A stretch of 64,000 bases of DNA from an uncultured Chloroflexia bacterium (GCA_963768655.1 CAVYIM010000005.1:96001-160000); one strand, 5' to 3'; positions 29,770-41,848 are shown, numbered from the stretch's first letter. The notes: generated from the sequence alone by a model not told the origin. Program-made: numbers and translations.

Positions 29770-30144
29770 CCCATTCCTCACTTCCCCATGAGAAACGTCA
29801 CTGGCGCGAGGGCTACGGTGAACCCTCAGACATACGCTGACGCCCCCATGGCAATGGACCAAGAACCATCTCCAGATGCCCCTGACGACGGAGGCAGGGC
29901 ATCTGCGGGAGGACGGTAGACCCCTCCGGGGTAGACCTGACTTCAGCCAATCGGTCCTCCGGCCGAACGGGCCATGCCAGGCGACCGCCTCTCCCCTTCT
30001 CGGACCGTGTCTGTCTCCTCACCTCCTATGCTGGAGCGCCTGGGGTTTTCCCGGACTCATTCTGTTCGGGACCTTGGGCGGGCCCCAGGTGCAACTCAAC
30101 GCGGCCGCGCCCAACCCCGCGGGGAACGGAGCGTTCCGCTGCTG

Positions 30145-30183
30145 AATTCATTGCAGCATCCAACAAACTCTATGCGTTGTCAA
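30145..30183 (-). promoter_or_regulatory. Promoter and putative ROK operator of the ABC/GH94 operon
   Basis: TTGACA at 30183-30178; imperfect palindrome AGTTTGTTG-N7-CAATGAATT (30169-30145) resembling XylR-type operators. Confidence 0.55.
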
Positions 30184-31469
30184 CCCTCCGCAAGCAGGCT
30201 AAAAGGGTGGTTCTCGGGGGCTTCGGCCGCCCTACTTACGTCGCCCGGAGCAGTGTCTTGCTGCAGCGGCATGATGGCCGGGTCGTTCAGCAGCGGAGCC
30301 AGCGCGAGCTCTGCCGCCCCGAGCAACAGCGCGTTGCCCCCGAGGCGGACGGTCACCAGATCGACCATCGCTCGTGGGGCCGGCATCGCCCGCTTCTCCA
30401 GCTCGCGCAGGATGGGCGCCCGCACGTAGGGGTAGACGCGGGCGTAGAGCCCACCCAGAGAAACCCGATTGGGGTTGAAGATGTTCACCAGGCCGGCGAT
30501 CCCGATCCCAAGTCCGTGACCCAATTCGACCAGGGCCGCGAGCGCTACCTTGTCGCCTCGTTCCGCGGCCGCGATCAGGTCCTCGAGCGCCGCGGTGCCT
30601 CCCAGCGGGTCCCGGCCCGATCGCCGGAGCAGGGCCTCCTCGCCCACCACGGACTCCAGGCACCCGCGCGCGCCGCAGTGGCACAGATCCCCGTCGGGAT
30701 CGATGGTGACGTGTCCGACCTCGCCCGCATACCCGGCCGAGCCGGCGAGCAATCGGCCGTCCACGACGATGCCGGCGCCGAGTCCGCCCTCACCCCAGAT
30801 GCAGATGAAATCGCTCGTGCCCCTGCCGGAGCCACGCAGATGCTCCGCCGAAGCCGCCAGGTCGGCGTCGTTGCCGACGAAGACCGGGGCGTCCAGGTCC
30901 GCGAACTCCTCCCTTATGAGCTGTCCGATCGGAACGTCCCGCCATCCGAGGGCCGGCGCCTCGTGCACAAGCCCATCCCCGGACCGAACCAGCCCGGGAA
31001 CCGAAACCCCTATGGCAACGATGCAAGGCCCGTTCTGGAGGCCGGCGAGCAGCGGCCGGACAAGGATGCCGAGATCCTCCACGACGCACTCGGGCCTGGA
31101 GTTGCACAGCGAAACGTCGCGACGGGTCGAGACGATGACCTTCCCGCCGAGGCCGACGACGGCGGCCCCCATCCAGTCCGTGGCGAGGTCGACGGCTAGT
31201 GCGGCGGGGCCGTCGCTGCGCAACTCCACGACCGGCGACGGCCGCCCAGGAGACTGCGGAATCGAATTCGACCGATGACGCTCTCGGACGATGCGCCGCG
31301 CGGCCAGCTCCGACACGAGCGAGGCGACGGTGCTCCGGTCCAGATGAAGTCGTCCGGCCAGCTCGGACCTGGACAACGGCCGGCTGACGTGCAGCTCCTG
31401 CAGCAGCCTGCTGAGGTTGCGACGCCTGATCTCAGCCTGAGCGCCTTCGCCCTCGACGTGAACTCCCAT
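30180..31469 (-). CDS. ROK-family transcriptional repressor
   Basis: N-terminal HTH (LSRSELA), GRP, GNDA and GEVGH...C.CG.RGCLE motifs. Confidence 0.93.
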   Translation of the reverse strand: MGVHVEGEGAQAEIRRRNLSRLLQELHVSRPLSRSELAGRLHLDRSTVASLVSELAARRIVRERHRSNSIPQSPGRPSPVVELRSDGPAALAVDLATDWMGAAVVGLGGKVIVSTRRDVSLCNSRPECVVEDLGILVRPLLAGLQNGPCIVAIGVSVPGLVRSGDGLVHEAPALGWRDVPIGQLIREEFADLDAPVFVGNDADLAASAEHLRGSGRGTSDFICIWGEGGLGAGIVVDGRLLAGSAGYAGEVGHVTIDPDGDLCHCGARGCLESVVGEEALLRRSGRDPLGGTAALEDLIAAAERGDKVALAALVELGHGLGIGIAGLVNIFNPNRVSLGGLYARVYPYVRAPILRELEKRAMPAPRAMVDLVTVRLGGNALLLGAAELALAPLLNDPAIMPLQQDTAPGDVSRAAEAPENHPFSLLAEG

Positions 31470-31812
31470 CGGGTGGCGTTTCCCTTAGTGAGGCCGGGCC
31501 CGACGTTTGAGTCGGTCGAGCCGGTGGGCATGAGCCTACCGTTTCGCGTAGCGTACAACAAAAGAAGTCGCGCGTTACCCAATCTGAACGTCCCCGCCAC
31601 GGGCGGCACCCACGGGCCGGCAGCGGACTGGCGCGGGGCCAGGTGGCAAGCCCCGCGCGAACCGGAGGCGCGACGGAGCCGGAAGGCCGCCGGCATGGCT
31701 GGTAGGATTGACCGGCATCGAGTTTGCAGGGGGAGGCTCCAGTGCCGGTCCGACATGGCCGCCTGGGACCCGGCATGGGCACCCGCAGCGCGCATTGAAC
31801 GAAAGGGTTCTG

Positions 31813-32850
31813 ATGGACTCCGCCAACCAGCAAGCACGACCAGCCGCAGCGACTCCACGGACCGCCGACCCGGCCGCGGACGCACTCCCGAACATCCCCT
31901 GGGAGGACCGCCCTGCCGGCTCGAAGGCGGTGCTGTGGCGGTCGAGCCGCAACCCGATCATCAAACGCGACCAGATCGAGCGTTCGAACAGCATCTTCAA
32001 CTCGGCGGTCGTTCCGTTCGGCGACGGCTTCGCGGGCGTCTTTCGGGTAGACGACACGACCAGGATCATGAACGTCCACGCCGGCTTCAGCCGCGATGGC
32101 GTCGACTGGAAGATCGAGCAGCCGACGATCGAGTGGATCGCGGCCGATCCGCGGGTTCGCGAGATCCAGGAGACCTTCGAGCACGCCTACGACCCTCGTG
32201 TCACCTGGCTCGAGGACCGCTACTGGGTGACCTGGTGCAACGGCTACCACGGTCCGACGATCGGCGTGGGCTACACCTACGACTTCAAGTCCTTCCACCA
32301 GTTCGACAACGCCTTCCTGCCCTTCAACCGCAACGGCGTTCTCTTCCCCCGACGGATACACGGCGCCTACCTCATGCTTTCGCGCCCGAGCGACAACGGC
32401 CACACGCCGTTCGGCGACATCTACCTGTCGGAGAGCCCCGACCTGATCCACTGGGGCCGCCACCGCCGGGTCATGACCACCCGGCCCTGGACCTGGGAGT
32501 CGACCAAGGTCGGTGCCGGCCCAACGCCGCTCGAGACGCCCGACGGCTGGCTGCTCATCTACCACGGCGTGCTGACGTCCTGCAACGGCTTCGTCTATTC
32601 GATGGGAGCGGCGCTGCTGGACCTGGATGAGCCCTGGAAGGTGATCGCCCGCAGCCGCGACTACCTCCTCTCCCCGCAGGTCCCCTACGAGCAGGTCGGC
32701 GACGTGCCGAACGTCGCTTTTCCTTGCGCCGCCCTCTACGACCGTCCGACCGGGCGCCTGACCGTCTACTACGGCGGCGCCGACACGGTCGTGTGCCTGG
32801 CCCACGGCTACCTGCCCGAGGTGATCGAATTCGTTCGGGCGCGCAGCTAA
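31813..32850 (+). CDS. GH130 beta-1,4-mannoside phosphorylase (GH130_2-like)
   Basis: [47 protein letters not shown] and GDVPNV motifs. Confidence 0.92.
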   Translation: MDSANQQARPAAATPRTADPAADALPNIPWEDRPAGSKAVLWRSSRNPIIKRDQIERSNSIFNSAVVPFGDGFAGVFRVDDTTRIMNVHAGFSRDGVDWKIEQPTIEWIAADPRVREIQETFEHAYDPRVTWLEDRYWVTWCNGYHGPTIGVGYTYDFKSFHQFDNAFLPFNRNGVLFPRRIHGAYLMLSRPSDNGHTPFGDIYLSESPDLIHWGRHRRVMTTRPWTWESTKVGAGPTPLETPDGWLLIYHGVLTSCNGFVYSMGAALLDLDEPWKVIARSRDYLLSPQVPYEQVGDVPNVAFPCAALYDRPTGRLTVYYGGADTVVCLAHGYLPEVIEFVRARS

Positions 32851-32897
32851 CTCGGGCGCGCAGCTAACTCGGGCGCGCGGAGCGAATTCGGGCGCGC
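32835..32897. repeat. 17-bp tandem duplication across the GH130 stop codon
   Basis: TCGGGCGCGCAGCTAAC twice, plus two partial TCGGGCGCGC copies. Confidence 0.8.
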
Positions 32898-32979
32898 CGC
32901 ATCTCGACCAGCTCGACTCGCTGCCGGCCGGCGCAGCGGTTCTTCCCGCCCGACGCAACCCTGCGCCGGTGCGTCCGGC

Positions 32980-33537
32980 CTAACGCCGCCTGTTCCATTG
33001 CTGAGCGGACGGTGCGCGTCCGGCCGCCGGCGCGGTCTGCCTCAGAAGCGCGTCGATCTCGGCGCGCAGCTTTCGCCCGAACGTCGCGCGCTGGAGCCAC
33101 TCCAGATAGTCCCGGTCGTGGCGGGCGATCTCGCCGAGGGACCAGCCGGCGTATCGGCCGAAGTCCAGGACGGTCCCGGACGGATGGCCGGGCGGGGGAC
33201 CCGCGTGCGTCGCATCGGTCGGTCGGGGAGCGCCGGTCTCGGGCGGGGTGGCCGGGGCGCCCGTTACCGGCCGAGTCGCAGCGCCCGGTGTCGGCGCCGC
33301 GGGCGCCGGGGGCGCGGCGGGCGCCGGCTGACGGCTGGCTACGATCCTCGCCTCGTCGTAGTCCGCTCGCCGGACCGGGTCGCCGAGCACGTCCCAGGCA
33401 TCGTTCAACGCGATCATTCGACGGGCATCGCCGCCGTGGTCGGGATGGTATTTCCGAGCCAGCGTCCTGTATGCGGCCCGAATGACGTCCGCCTCGGCAC
33501 GGGGGCTGACCTGGAGGACCTCGTAGTAGTCGGGCAT
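32980..33537 (-). CDS. J-domain protein with C-terminal FGxY/F-G (DUF3820/ExoX-C-like) domain
   Basis: DYYEVL...HPD J-domain, Pro/Ala linker, LDFGRYAGWSLGEIARHDRDYLEWL. Confidence 0.85.
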   Translation of the reverse strand: MPDYYEVLQVSPRAEADVIRAAYRTLARKYHPDHGGDARRMIALNDAWDVLGDPVRRADYDEARIVASRQPAPAAPPAPAAPTPGAATRPVTGAPATPPETGAPRPTDATHAGPPPGHPSGTVLDFGRYAGWSLGEIARHDRDYLEWLQRATFGRKLRAEIDALLRQTAPAAGRAPSAQQWNRRR

Positions 33538-33708
33538 GGCCGAGAGCCTACAACCTCGCAGCCGTCCGTGGCGAGGAATGATGCGAGCCCGGTCGGCGCG
33601 CTCAGCGCTGGACGCAACTGGATGCGCTCGACGCCCGGAAGGCCGACAGAACAGGATTGAGTCTGCGCGAATGAGGCCCAGGCCACGCGGACCCCGACTG
33701 ATCGACGG

Positions 33709-34614
33709 TCAGCGGGCGGGGTCATGCGACCTGAACTCGACGCGATCGGCCTCGTCGAGAATGGCGCCCCAGAAGACGCTCGTCCGCGGCCACAGCCGGC
33801 GGGTTCCTTCCTCGATCGAGGGCGCCAGATCGCCGGCTCCGCCGGCCGGCCCCCACGGCGTGCTCCCGTCGGACCTCAGCCAGGCACGGGCCGACACCTG
33901 CACGCCCTCGATGAAAGAAGCGGTGTCGTCTCGGCGGTACGAGTCGAGCTCCCGGATGAGACGAAGGAAGCGCGCCTCTTGCCCGTACGTCCGCTCGGTC
34001 CGGCCGCACTCTGCCATCTCGTTGAAGACACGGTAGAGCCGCCAGCGAAACGTCGCCTCGCGTTCTTCGAGTTCGGGAGGACGGGCCTCCTCACCGTAGA
34101 TCTCGTGCTCCAGCTCGTAGATGCGGATGGAGCGACGACCCAGATCAAGGGGCCTCTGCGCGCCGTCGATCCAGCCGGTGTATCGAGCGACGAGCAGGTC
34201 GCACAACTCAGCCGTCTCCGCCGTCCGCAGCCGGTTCACACTCCGAACGACGCGACGCATGTCCTCGGCGCCATCGGCCGGCATCGGCGACGGGTAGCGG
34301 GCCATCAGGGCGGCAGCTTCCGCCTGGACGTGCCGCAACTCCCATTTCGGGTCGATCCCGCCGATCGCCAGCATCCACGAGGACGGTATGGCGATGAAGG
34401 CCAGGATCGCCAGTCCGAGTCCGATTGTCGCCAGGGGTCGAGGCTCCGCGGCCGGCAGCGCAAAGAACATCGCCGCCACCGCGGCCAGACGAACCCCGTC
34501 CATGACCAGGGCCCGGCCCCGGGCGCGCCCCTCGCGCAACATCTTCCGTTCGGTATGGAACAGGAAGGCCAGCATGATCACGAACAGGACCGAAGCCAGC
34601 CAGAAGAAGATCAT
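33709..34614 (-). CDS. Hypothetical membrane protein (3 TM plus helical domain)
   Basis: Long ORF with N-terminal hydrophobic helices and normal composition. Confidence 0.65.
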   Translation of the reverse strand: MIFFWLASVLFVIMLAFLFHTERKMLREGRARGRALVMDGVRLAAVAAMFFALPAAEPRPLATIGLGLAILAFIAIPSSWMLAIGGIDPKWELRHVQAEAAALMARYPSPMPADGAEDMRRVVRSVNRLRTAETAELCDLLVARYTGWIDGAQRPLDLGRRSIRIYELEHEIYGEEARPPELEEREATFRWRLYRVFNEMAECGRTERTYGQEARFLRLIRELDSYRRDDTASFIEGVQVSARAWLRSDGSTPWGPAGGAGDLAPSIEEGTRRLWPRTSVFWGAILDEADRVEFRSHDPAR

Positions 34615-34886
34615 CTACTCGACCCGCTACCCGCGGGTCCGCGGTCACTCGTCCCGCCTGCGCGACCCGGACTCGCAACGGATAGGCTATCCCGCGACCA
34701 GCGCGCGGTGAAGAGTCCACGTCACGGCCTGACCGAAACCACGCGAACCGGTGAACGTTCGGCCGGGCAGCGTCTCATCTGATGGCCGCTCCGGTTCACT
34801 CACGACCGCCCATGCAGCGGGTAGTAGAGTGACTGATCGAGCGTGACGAGCCCGATGCCTGTCCGAGCGCCCGGAGCCTTCGCCCA

Positions 34887-35801
34887 ATGGCCGACCGCCC
34901 ACTTTCCGACGAACTGCACAAATCGATCGTCGACAACCTGGCCGACGGCGTCTACTACGTCGAGCCGGACCGCACGATCAGATACTGGAATCACGGCGCC
35001 GAGAAACTGGCGGGATACCGCGCCTCCGAGATAGTGGGGCGGCGATGCTACGACAACATCCTCGCCCACGTGGACGCTCAGGGGAATTCGCTCTGCCACA
35101 CGACATGCCCCCTTGCAGCGTCGATGCTCGACGGCGAATCTCGAGACGTGACGGTCTGGCTGCGCCATCGCGAGGGCTACCGCAAGCCGGTGCGCGTCAG
35201 GACGGCTGCTGTCCGAGACGAGACAGGCGCGATCGTCGGTGGCGTGGAGACGTTCTCCGACGCATCGGCCGTCGTGCGGGCCGCCGAGGATGCCGACCGG
35301 GCCCGCCATGATGCTTTGACCGACGAGCTGACCGGCCTGCCGAACCGTCGAATGTTCGACACCGCAGTCCGAACCCGGCTCGAGAACATGAGCCGCTACG
35401 GCTGGAACTTCGGTCTGCTGATCGTCGACATCGACAACTTCAAGGCCGTGAACGACCGATACGGTCACGCCGTCGGCGACGCCGTCCTCGCAGGCGTGGC
35501 CAAGACGATCCTGGGCGCCGTCCGGGCAGGCGACATGGTGGCTCGCTGGGGCGGCGAGGAATTCGCGGTGCTGGTCGAGGCCTCCGAGGCTGGCGGCCTG
35601 GCCGAGACCGCCGAGCGGGTGCGCGCGCTCGTGGCCCAGTCGGAAGTCCGTCACGAGGCCCTGGTACTGAAGGCCAACGTCTCGGCCGGTGGCTCGCTGG
35701 CGTCCCCCGACGACACGCCGGAGAGTCTCTTCGAGCGCGCAGACGGAGCCCTGTATTCGGCCAAGCGGGAGGGCCGCGACCGAATCGCCATCGTGGAATA
35801 G
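34887..35801 (+). CDS. PAS-domain diguanylate cyclase
   Basis: PAS (YWNHGAEKLAGY), D.LTGLPNRR, DIDNFK.VND.YGH..GD, RWGGEEF. Confidence 0.93.
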   Translation: MADRPLSDELHKSIVDNLADGVYYVEPDRTIRYWNHGAEKLAGYRASEIVGRRCYDNILAHVDAQGNSLCHTTCPLAASMLDGESRDVTVWLRHREGYRKPVRVRTAAVRDETGAIVGGVETFSDASAVVRAAEDADRARHDALTDELTGLPNRRMFDTAVRTRLENMSRYGWNFGLLIVDIDNFKAVNDRYGHAVGDAVLAGVAKTILGAVRAGDMVARWGGEEFAVLVEASEAGGLAETAERVRALVAQSEVRHEALVLKANVSAGGSLASPDDTPESLFERADGALYSAKREGRDRIAIVE

Positions 35802-35860
35802 AGACGCCGCACGCGACGAAGCTGCCGAATCATCGGGTCCGGCCGCGCATGGAGGGAATC

Positions 35861-35935
35861 TGGTGAGCCCGCAGGGATTCGAACCCTGAACCTAGGGATT
35901 AAGAGTCCCCCGCTCTACCGTTGAGCTACGGGCCC
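35861..35935 (-). tRNA. tRNA-Lys(CTT)
   Basis: GGGCCCG TAGCTCAACGGTAGAGC, anticodon arm GGGGA-CT-CTT-AA-TCCCT, T-loop GGTTCGAATCC, encoded CCA. Confidence 0.96.
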
Positions 35936-35969
35936 ACGGCCGCGAAGGATACAGCAACCCGGGCCTCGG

Positions 35970-38900
35970 GTGCCGTGCCGGTCTCCGGACGGCGTGGCCG
36001 TCGGGCCGAAGGCGCACGAGGCCAGCGCTCCCAAGCCGGGATCTCATCAGAACGGACTACTGCCTATCGGGACCCTCTGTACCTACAGACAGCCTTCCGC
36101 CTGGGGCTACGATATGCGGCGCGATGCCGGCCCCACCGTGTACTCAGAGGGAAAGCCGCGCCCGGGACGACGAAACTTGGTAGAGGCCTTGTCTGGAGAA
36201 GATCTCAAGCTTCTGGAACAGCTCGGCGCCGGGTTGGCGATAGTCGATCCGGCCGGACTGGTCGTGCTCTGGAGTGACGACGCCGCACGGATTCTCGGTA
36301 TCGCCGCCACTGAGGCGCAGGGCGCACCGTGGTCCGACTGCCTGACCGTGATCCGTGGCGATGAGTCGGGCGGGGCGACGCTCCCCGTCGAGATCCTGGA
36401 GCCGGGCGGCTGGCACGGCCAGCTTCACGTCCGGACCCGGCACGGCAGCACGAAATGGCTCCGCGCCCACATACAGCCGATCACTCGGCCGGACTTCGGT
36501 GGCAAGCCGGGCGTGGCGGCGATGTTCTGGGACGGCGAGGGACCCGATCGCGCCGTGTCCGGGGCCGAGGCGGCGCAACTCCCATATCGAGACCTCTTCG
36601 TCCATTCGCCCGAGGCGCTCCTCCTGGCGAACCTGACCAGCGTCATCGTCGACGCCAACGAGCTGGCCGCGGCCCTCCTTGGCACTTCGCGGCAGGACAT
36701 GATCGGCAAGCCGCTGGTCAGCTTCCTGGTCGGGCGAACGGATGCGGACACCGAGGCCACTCGCAACGAGTTGCTGGCATCGGGTTCGATAGTCCGCCGC
36801 GTTTCGGTGCAGCCCGCGTGGGGCGAAGCCTTCCCGGCTGAGATCATCGTCTCGCTCGCGACGTCCATGGCCGGTGGATACGGCTACTGCCTGGTCAGGA
36901 TGTGCGACAGAACTGAGGAAGAGCGGCTGGAGGTGTTGCTCCGCAACCTCGCCGCTCTCGCGCGGCTGGGAGACCAGCTTCAGACTGCCGAGGAAGTCGC
37001 GCAACAGGCGCTCGACATCATCGCCGCCAGCTGGTCCGCCGGCGCGGCCATGGCGATCCTCGACAGCGAGGACGGTTTCTCCATCGTCGCCGGAACGAGC
37101 ACGCCGGAGGCGATCCGGGCGACTCTGAGCGGCGTCGATCCGGCTCGCTCGCCGCTGGCAACGCTCGTCAAAGACGCGCAGGTTCCCTTCGAGATGGATC
37201 TGGGCGACCCTCACTCGCCGCCGTGGACCGGACGGGCAAGCGCCCTCGGACTGTGCGCCCTGCGAGGGACGCCGCTCTGGTGCGACGATCGCCGCATCGG
37301 GGCGATGGTCCTGCTCTGGGCCGGCGATCCGCCGCCCGCTCTCAATACCGCTCGCCTCAGGCTGACGGGCCGCTACGTGGGCGTCGCGATCGGCAGCGTT
37401 GCGACGCGCTTGAAGGTGCAGCGCGACGCGGAGCTGCGGGAAAGCCTGGCGGGATCGGCCCGTATCGGCGGTGTGGTCGTCGAGCAGATGACCGACGCGA
37501 TCGTGACCACTGACGCGACCGATCGAGTCACGGCCGTCAACCCCGCAGGCGAGCATCTATATGGAGTAGCGGAAGAAGAGGCCGTCGGCCGCCGCCTGGA
37601 CGAGGTCATCGAGCAACTTCGGCTCGATGGTTCACCGCTGGGCACGGAGGCAACGGACCAGGCAGCCTCGATGGGCTACTGGCACGGACGTGTCGTCCAT
37701 CGGCCGCTGACTGGCAGCTTCGCCGGCCGGCCCATCGTGGTCGACCTGTCGCTGACATCACTCCGAGACGATCAGCACAGACCGGCCGGTCTCATAGCGA
37801 TGAGCCACGAGGTCGCGATCACCGCCCACATGGAGGCCGAGGCGGCCGCTCTCGGCTCTCTGGCCGTTGCCACGGGGCGGGCTCGGAGCCGGCACGAGGT
37901 TGCCGAGGCGGCCCTGGAGCGCCTCTGCGAGGCCACGATGGCCGACGCGGGCATCATCGGGACCTGGGGCAAGGGCGGAGCCCCCCTGGCGATCGAAGCG
38001 AGTCGCGGAATCAGCCAGGATGTGCTGGAAGTCATCGTGAGCAGCGACCTCCCAGATCTCGGATCCGCCCTCGAAACGCCCGGCGCGGTCATCGCCCTCG
38101 AGAGCCTGGGAACGTTCCAGAACGGAGGGGATCTGGCCGCGACCCTTACCAAAGACGGGCTGCAGACTGGCTTCCTGGTCGACCTGCGCACTCGCGACGA
38201 GTCGGTCGGATTTCTTGCGCTCGCCGCGCGCCGCGCGGCCTGGGGCCGGCCGGGCGACGAGGTCATTTTGCAGGCCGCGGCCCAGGTCGTCAGCGCGCTG
38301 GAGAATGCCCGCCTGATGGAGCGCCTGGAACAAGGGCTCGAGCAGGAGCGGCGCCTGACGGCCCAACTCGAGACGCTGATGGGACTGACGCTGCTGCCTC
38401 AGGGTGACATCGACGAGAACACGCTGGCCCTCTTCCTGCTGGAGCGCGTCGTCGGGGCGCTCGGGGCGAACGGTGGTCTGGCGGTCCGGACCAACGACGG
38501 CGGCTTCCAGGTCATAGCCTCGAACCGGATACCGATCGGCATGGCCCGTGCCCTCGAATCCCGACCCGCCAGCGACTTTCATTTCTGGCGGCGCCTGACG
38601 ACCCAGGCCCCGGCCGGGGCATTCCAGCAGGCTCTGACCGAGGTCGCAGCGGAGGGCGGACGGGTCGAGGAAATGATCAGCGCTGGGGTGACTTCGTATG
38701 CTGTCTTCCCCGCCCGAGATGGCGACCGCGTCATTGCTGCGTTCCTGTGCTACTTCAGCGACTCGGGGGCGTCGAGCTCCCTGGCGGACGAACGGACCAT
38801 CGACGCAGTGGGCCGGATCATCTCGATCGCCTACGCCAACGTCCGAATGAGCGAGGGCCTCAGTGAGGCGGCCGAACACGAGCGCCGCCTGACGGCAGAG

Positions 38901-41848
38901 CTGCGCGCCCTCCAGGAACTGACGCTGCTGGGCGCTTCGACGGACGATCTCGGGCGCCTTGCCCAGGAGACGATCGAGGCGGTCGTCGTCTCCACCGGGG
39001 CCGCCGGCGGCGGGTACATCCTGGTCGACCCCTCGACATCGAGGGTGGACCCGATCGTCTGGGTCGGGCAATCGAGCCGCAGTTGGGCGGCCCTGAGCGA
39101 GTCGCCGACGATTCCCTCCGATTGGCCCCCGCTCGACCGACTGGGGCCCGAGGATGGCGTCTGGCTGTCGCGAGCTGGCAGGACAGGCGCGGCCGCCGAA
39201 GGCGGCGAGACGGCGCCGGGCGACGAAGACAGCGACACGGCGGCCTGCGTCCAGGCGGTCCTGCCCCTCCGCGTCGAAGGCCGGCTCGCCGGCGTCTTGC
39301 ACCTGGAGTGGTCGGCCACGCCGCGGGTCGAACAGTTCGACGATCACTTCCTGGAGCCCATCGCCCGCATCTGCAGCATCGGTCTCGCCAACTTCCGGCT
39401 ACGCTCCGAGCTGCTCCACCGCGCCGCCGCTCAGAGAGCCCTGACCCATCGCCTCGACACACTCGACGAGTTGACGCGCATCGGCGAGGAGGCCAGCTCC
39501 TTCGAGGAGCTGGCCCACCGCACCGTGAGCCTGGTCCGCGAGGCACTCGGCGCTGCCGGAGTCTGCTACCTGCTCCTCGAACCGGGGCACCACTTCGAGA
39601 CGCACGCCGTGGCCGGCGATACGGGCGCCTTCCGGCAGTGGATAAGGGACGTGCCGGCCAAGGAGGCCCCGGGCGGTACCGCCCTCCTCTCGGGCGGAGG
39701 GGGCGTGCTGGGGGACTTCGTCGCCACTCAGGTCAACGAGCGAGTTCTGCAGCTGGCGCGGGCGGCGGGATTCAAGTCGTTCGGCGCGATCCCGATCCGC
39801 ACCGGGGAGGAGCTGGCCGGTGCCCTGCTGTGTTTCTTCGAGCAGACCGCCACCACCCTCCCGGTCGACGAGGCGGCGCTCGATTCGGTCGCGCGGATCG
39901 GCGGCATCGCCCTGGCCAACTTCCGCCTGCGCGAGCGCCTCGTTTCGTCCGAGGAGCGATACCGGACTCTCTTCGAGGAATCGCCCGACGCCCTTTTCGT
40001 GACCGCGCTCGACGGCACGGTCCTGGATGCCAACGAGGCCGCGGTGCGGCTCTACCACATCAACCGGGGCGATGTCATGGGCCGCTACTTCGGCCATCTC
40101 ATCTCCGCCGACGAACGCGAAATGGCACGCCGCCGCCAGATCGTGTGGGCTCAGGGCAGGGGCACGTTCAGCGATCGCGGGCACCGCCCCGAGGGCTCGG
40201 AGTTCCCCGTCGAGGTCGAGGTGCGAGTGGTCGAGCTCGGCGGACAGCGCCGCTTCCTCTCGCTCGTCCGCGACCTCTCGGACCAGGAGCGTCTCACCAA
40301 CGAGCTTCTGCAGGCCCAGAAGATGGAGGCCATCGGCCAACTGGTTGCGGGCGTGGCCCACGAGCTAAACAACCCGCTGGCGGCAATCATCGCGTTCAGC
40401 CAGCTGATGCGAGGCGACGAGCGTCTGCCCGACGACATGAAGCACGACGCCGGCCTGCTCGTCCAGGAGGCGGACCGAACCAGGCGCATCGTCCAGAACC
40501 TGCTGGACTTCGCCCGCCAGCGCCCACCCGAGCGACGGCAGACGAACATCTCTACTCTCGTCCGAAGCGTGCTCGAGCTGCAGTCGTACGCCCTGAGCAC
40601 GAACCGGGTCCAGGTCGAGGTCGACATTCCCGAAGATCTGCCCGAGGTGGACCTCGACCGGGCGCAGATGCAGCAGGTCCTGCTGAACCTGACGATCAAT
40701 GCCATTCAAGCCTTCCGGACGCGCGAGCGGGCCGCGCAGGCGCATCTCTGGGTCACTGCGACCGATGTCAAGACCATTCGGGGTCCGGGCGGCCCGAAGG
40801 CCGACAAGCTGGCCGGCGACCAGGAGCGCGTCCGGATCACCATTCGCGACGATGGGCCGGGCGTTCCCGAGGCCGCCCGAGCGCGGCTGTTCGACCCGTT
40901 CTTCACCACCAAGCAGCCGGGCGAAGGCACGGGCCTCGGGCTGTCCGTTTCCTTCGGCATCGTCGCGGCGCACGGGGGCCACCTCTGGTACGAGCCCGGC
41001 CCGGCGAACGTCGGAAGCTGCTTCATGATGGAACTGCCGGTTCGGGCGAAGCCGATGAATGAGCGGCAGCCGGCGGCGGCGGATTCGGATACTCGGCGCG
41101 GCGCCCAACCCGTCGAAGAGTCGACGGCGAGCGAGCGACGGACAGGCGACGAACCGGAAGGGCCCGAGACGGAGGCCAGGCCGAAGGCAACCCGGCGCGG
41201 ACGCAGGACCGCGCCGGCCGGAAGCCCGTCGGCTGAGGGCTCGCCGGCTCAAGGCGCGCCGCCCGGCGCGGGCAGTCCGGTGGAAGCCGCCCCCGTCCAG
41301 GAGGCCGCTGTCGCGGCCGCGGCGGGACAAGAGCAGGCTCTGCCCGCGACCGTGGCAAGAACGCCGGCCGGCCTGCCCGTCGGCGCCGCCGCGCTACCCG
41401 CAGGGGCCGCCTCGCCCGCACCGGTGGCCTCGGCTCGCCGGCCCGCGGCGATGCCGGGCGCCCGGCTGCGCATTCTGGCCCTTGACGACGAGCCATCGAT
41501 CCGGGCCTTCCTCAAGAAGGTCCTCGCCGCGTCCGGCATGGACTGCGACCCGTATCAGGACGGCGCCCAGGCCCTGGAGGGTTTGCGCGACACGACCTAC
41601 GACGTGATGCTGATCGACCATCGCATGGCCGGCATGAGCGGGACCGAGTTCTACGACGCCGCGATCGAATTCCGGCCCGAGCTGGCCAAGCGCGCCGTGT
41701 TCATGAGCGGCGGACGTGCGGAACGACGACCTGCGCGACTTCGCCACCGAGGCGCGGCATCAGGCTGCTGGCGAAGCCGTTCGACATCGACGCCGTGATC
41801 CGGGTCGTGCGGGAGGCGATCGCCGCCGCTCAGGCAGACGAGCACTGA
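35970..41848 (+). CDS. Large multi-PAS/GAF hybrid histidine kinase with C-terminal receiver
   Basis: AHELNNPL, N box, DDGPG, PFFTTK..GEGTGLGL, receiver LDDE..D. Two extra bases at ~41712 and ~41751 break the MSGD...LLAKPF end (TGA 41848). True start probably later (~36177). Confidence 0.9.

Noticed and set aside
35861-35935. tRNA-Lys as an island or prophage attachment site
   Set aside because: No integrase nearby and no duplicated tRNA 3' end seen in the window.
41700-41760. Programmed ribosomal frameshifting at the frameshifted genes
   Set aside because: No slippery heptamers; the indels are scattered in short homopolymers, consistent with errors.
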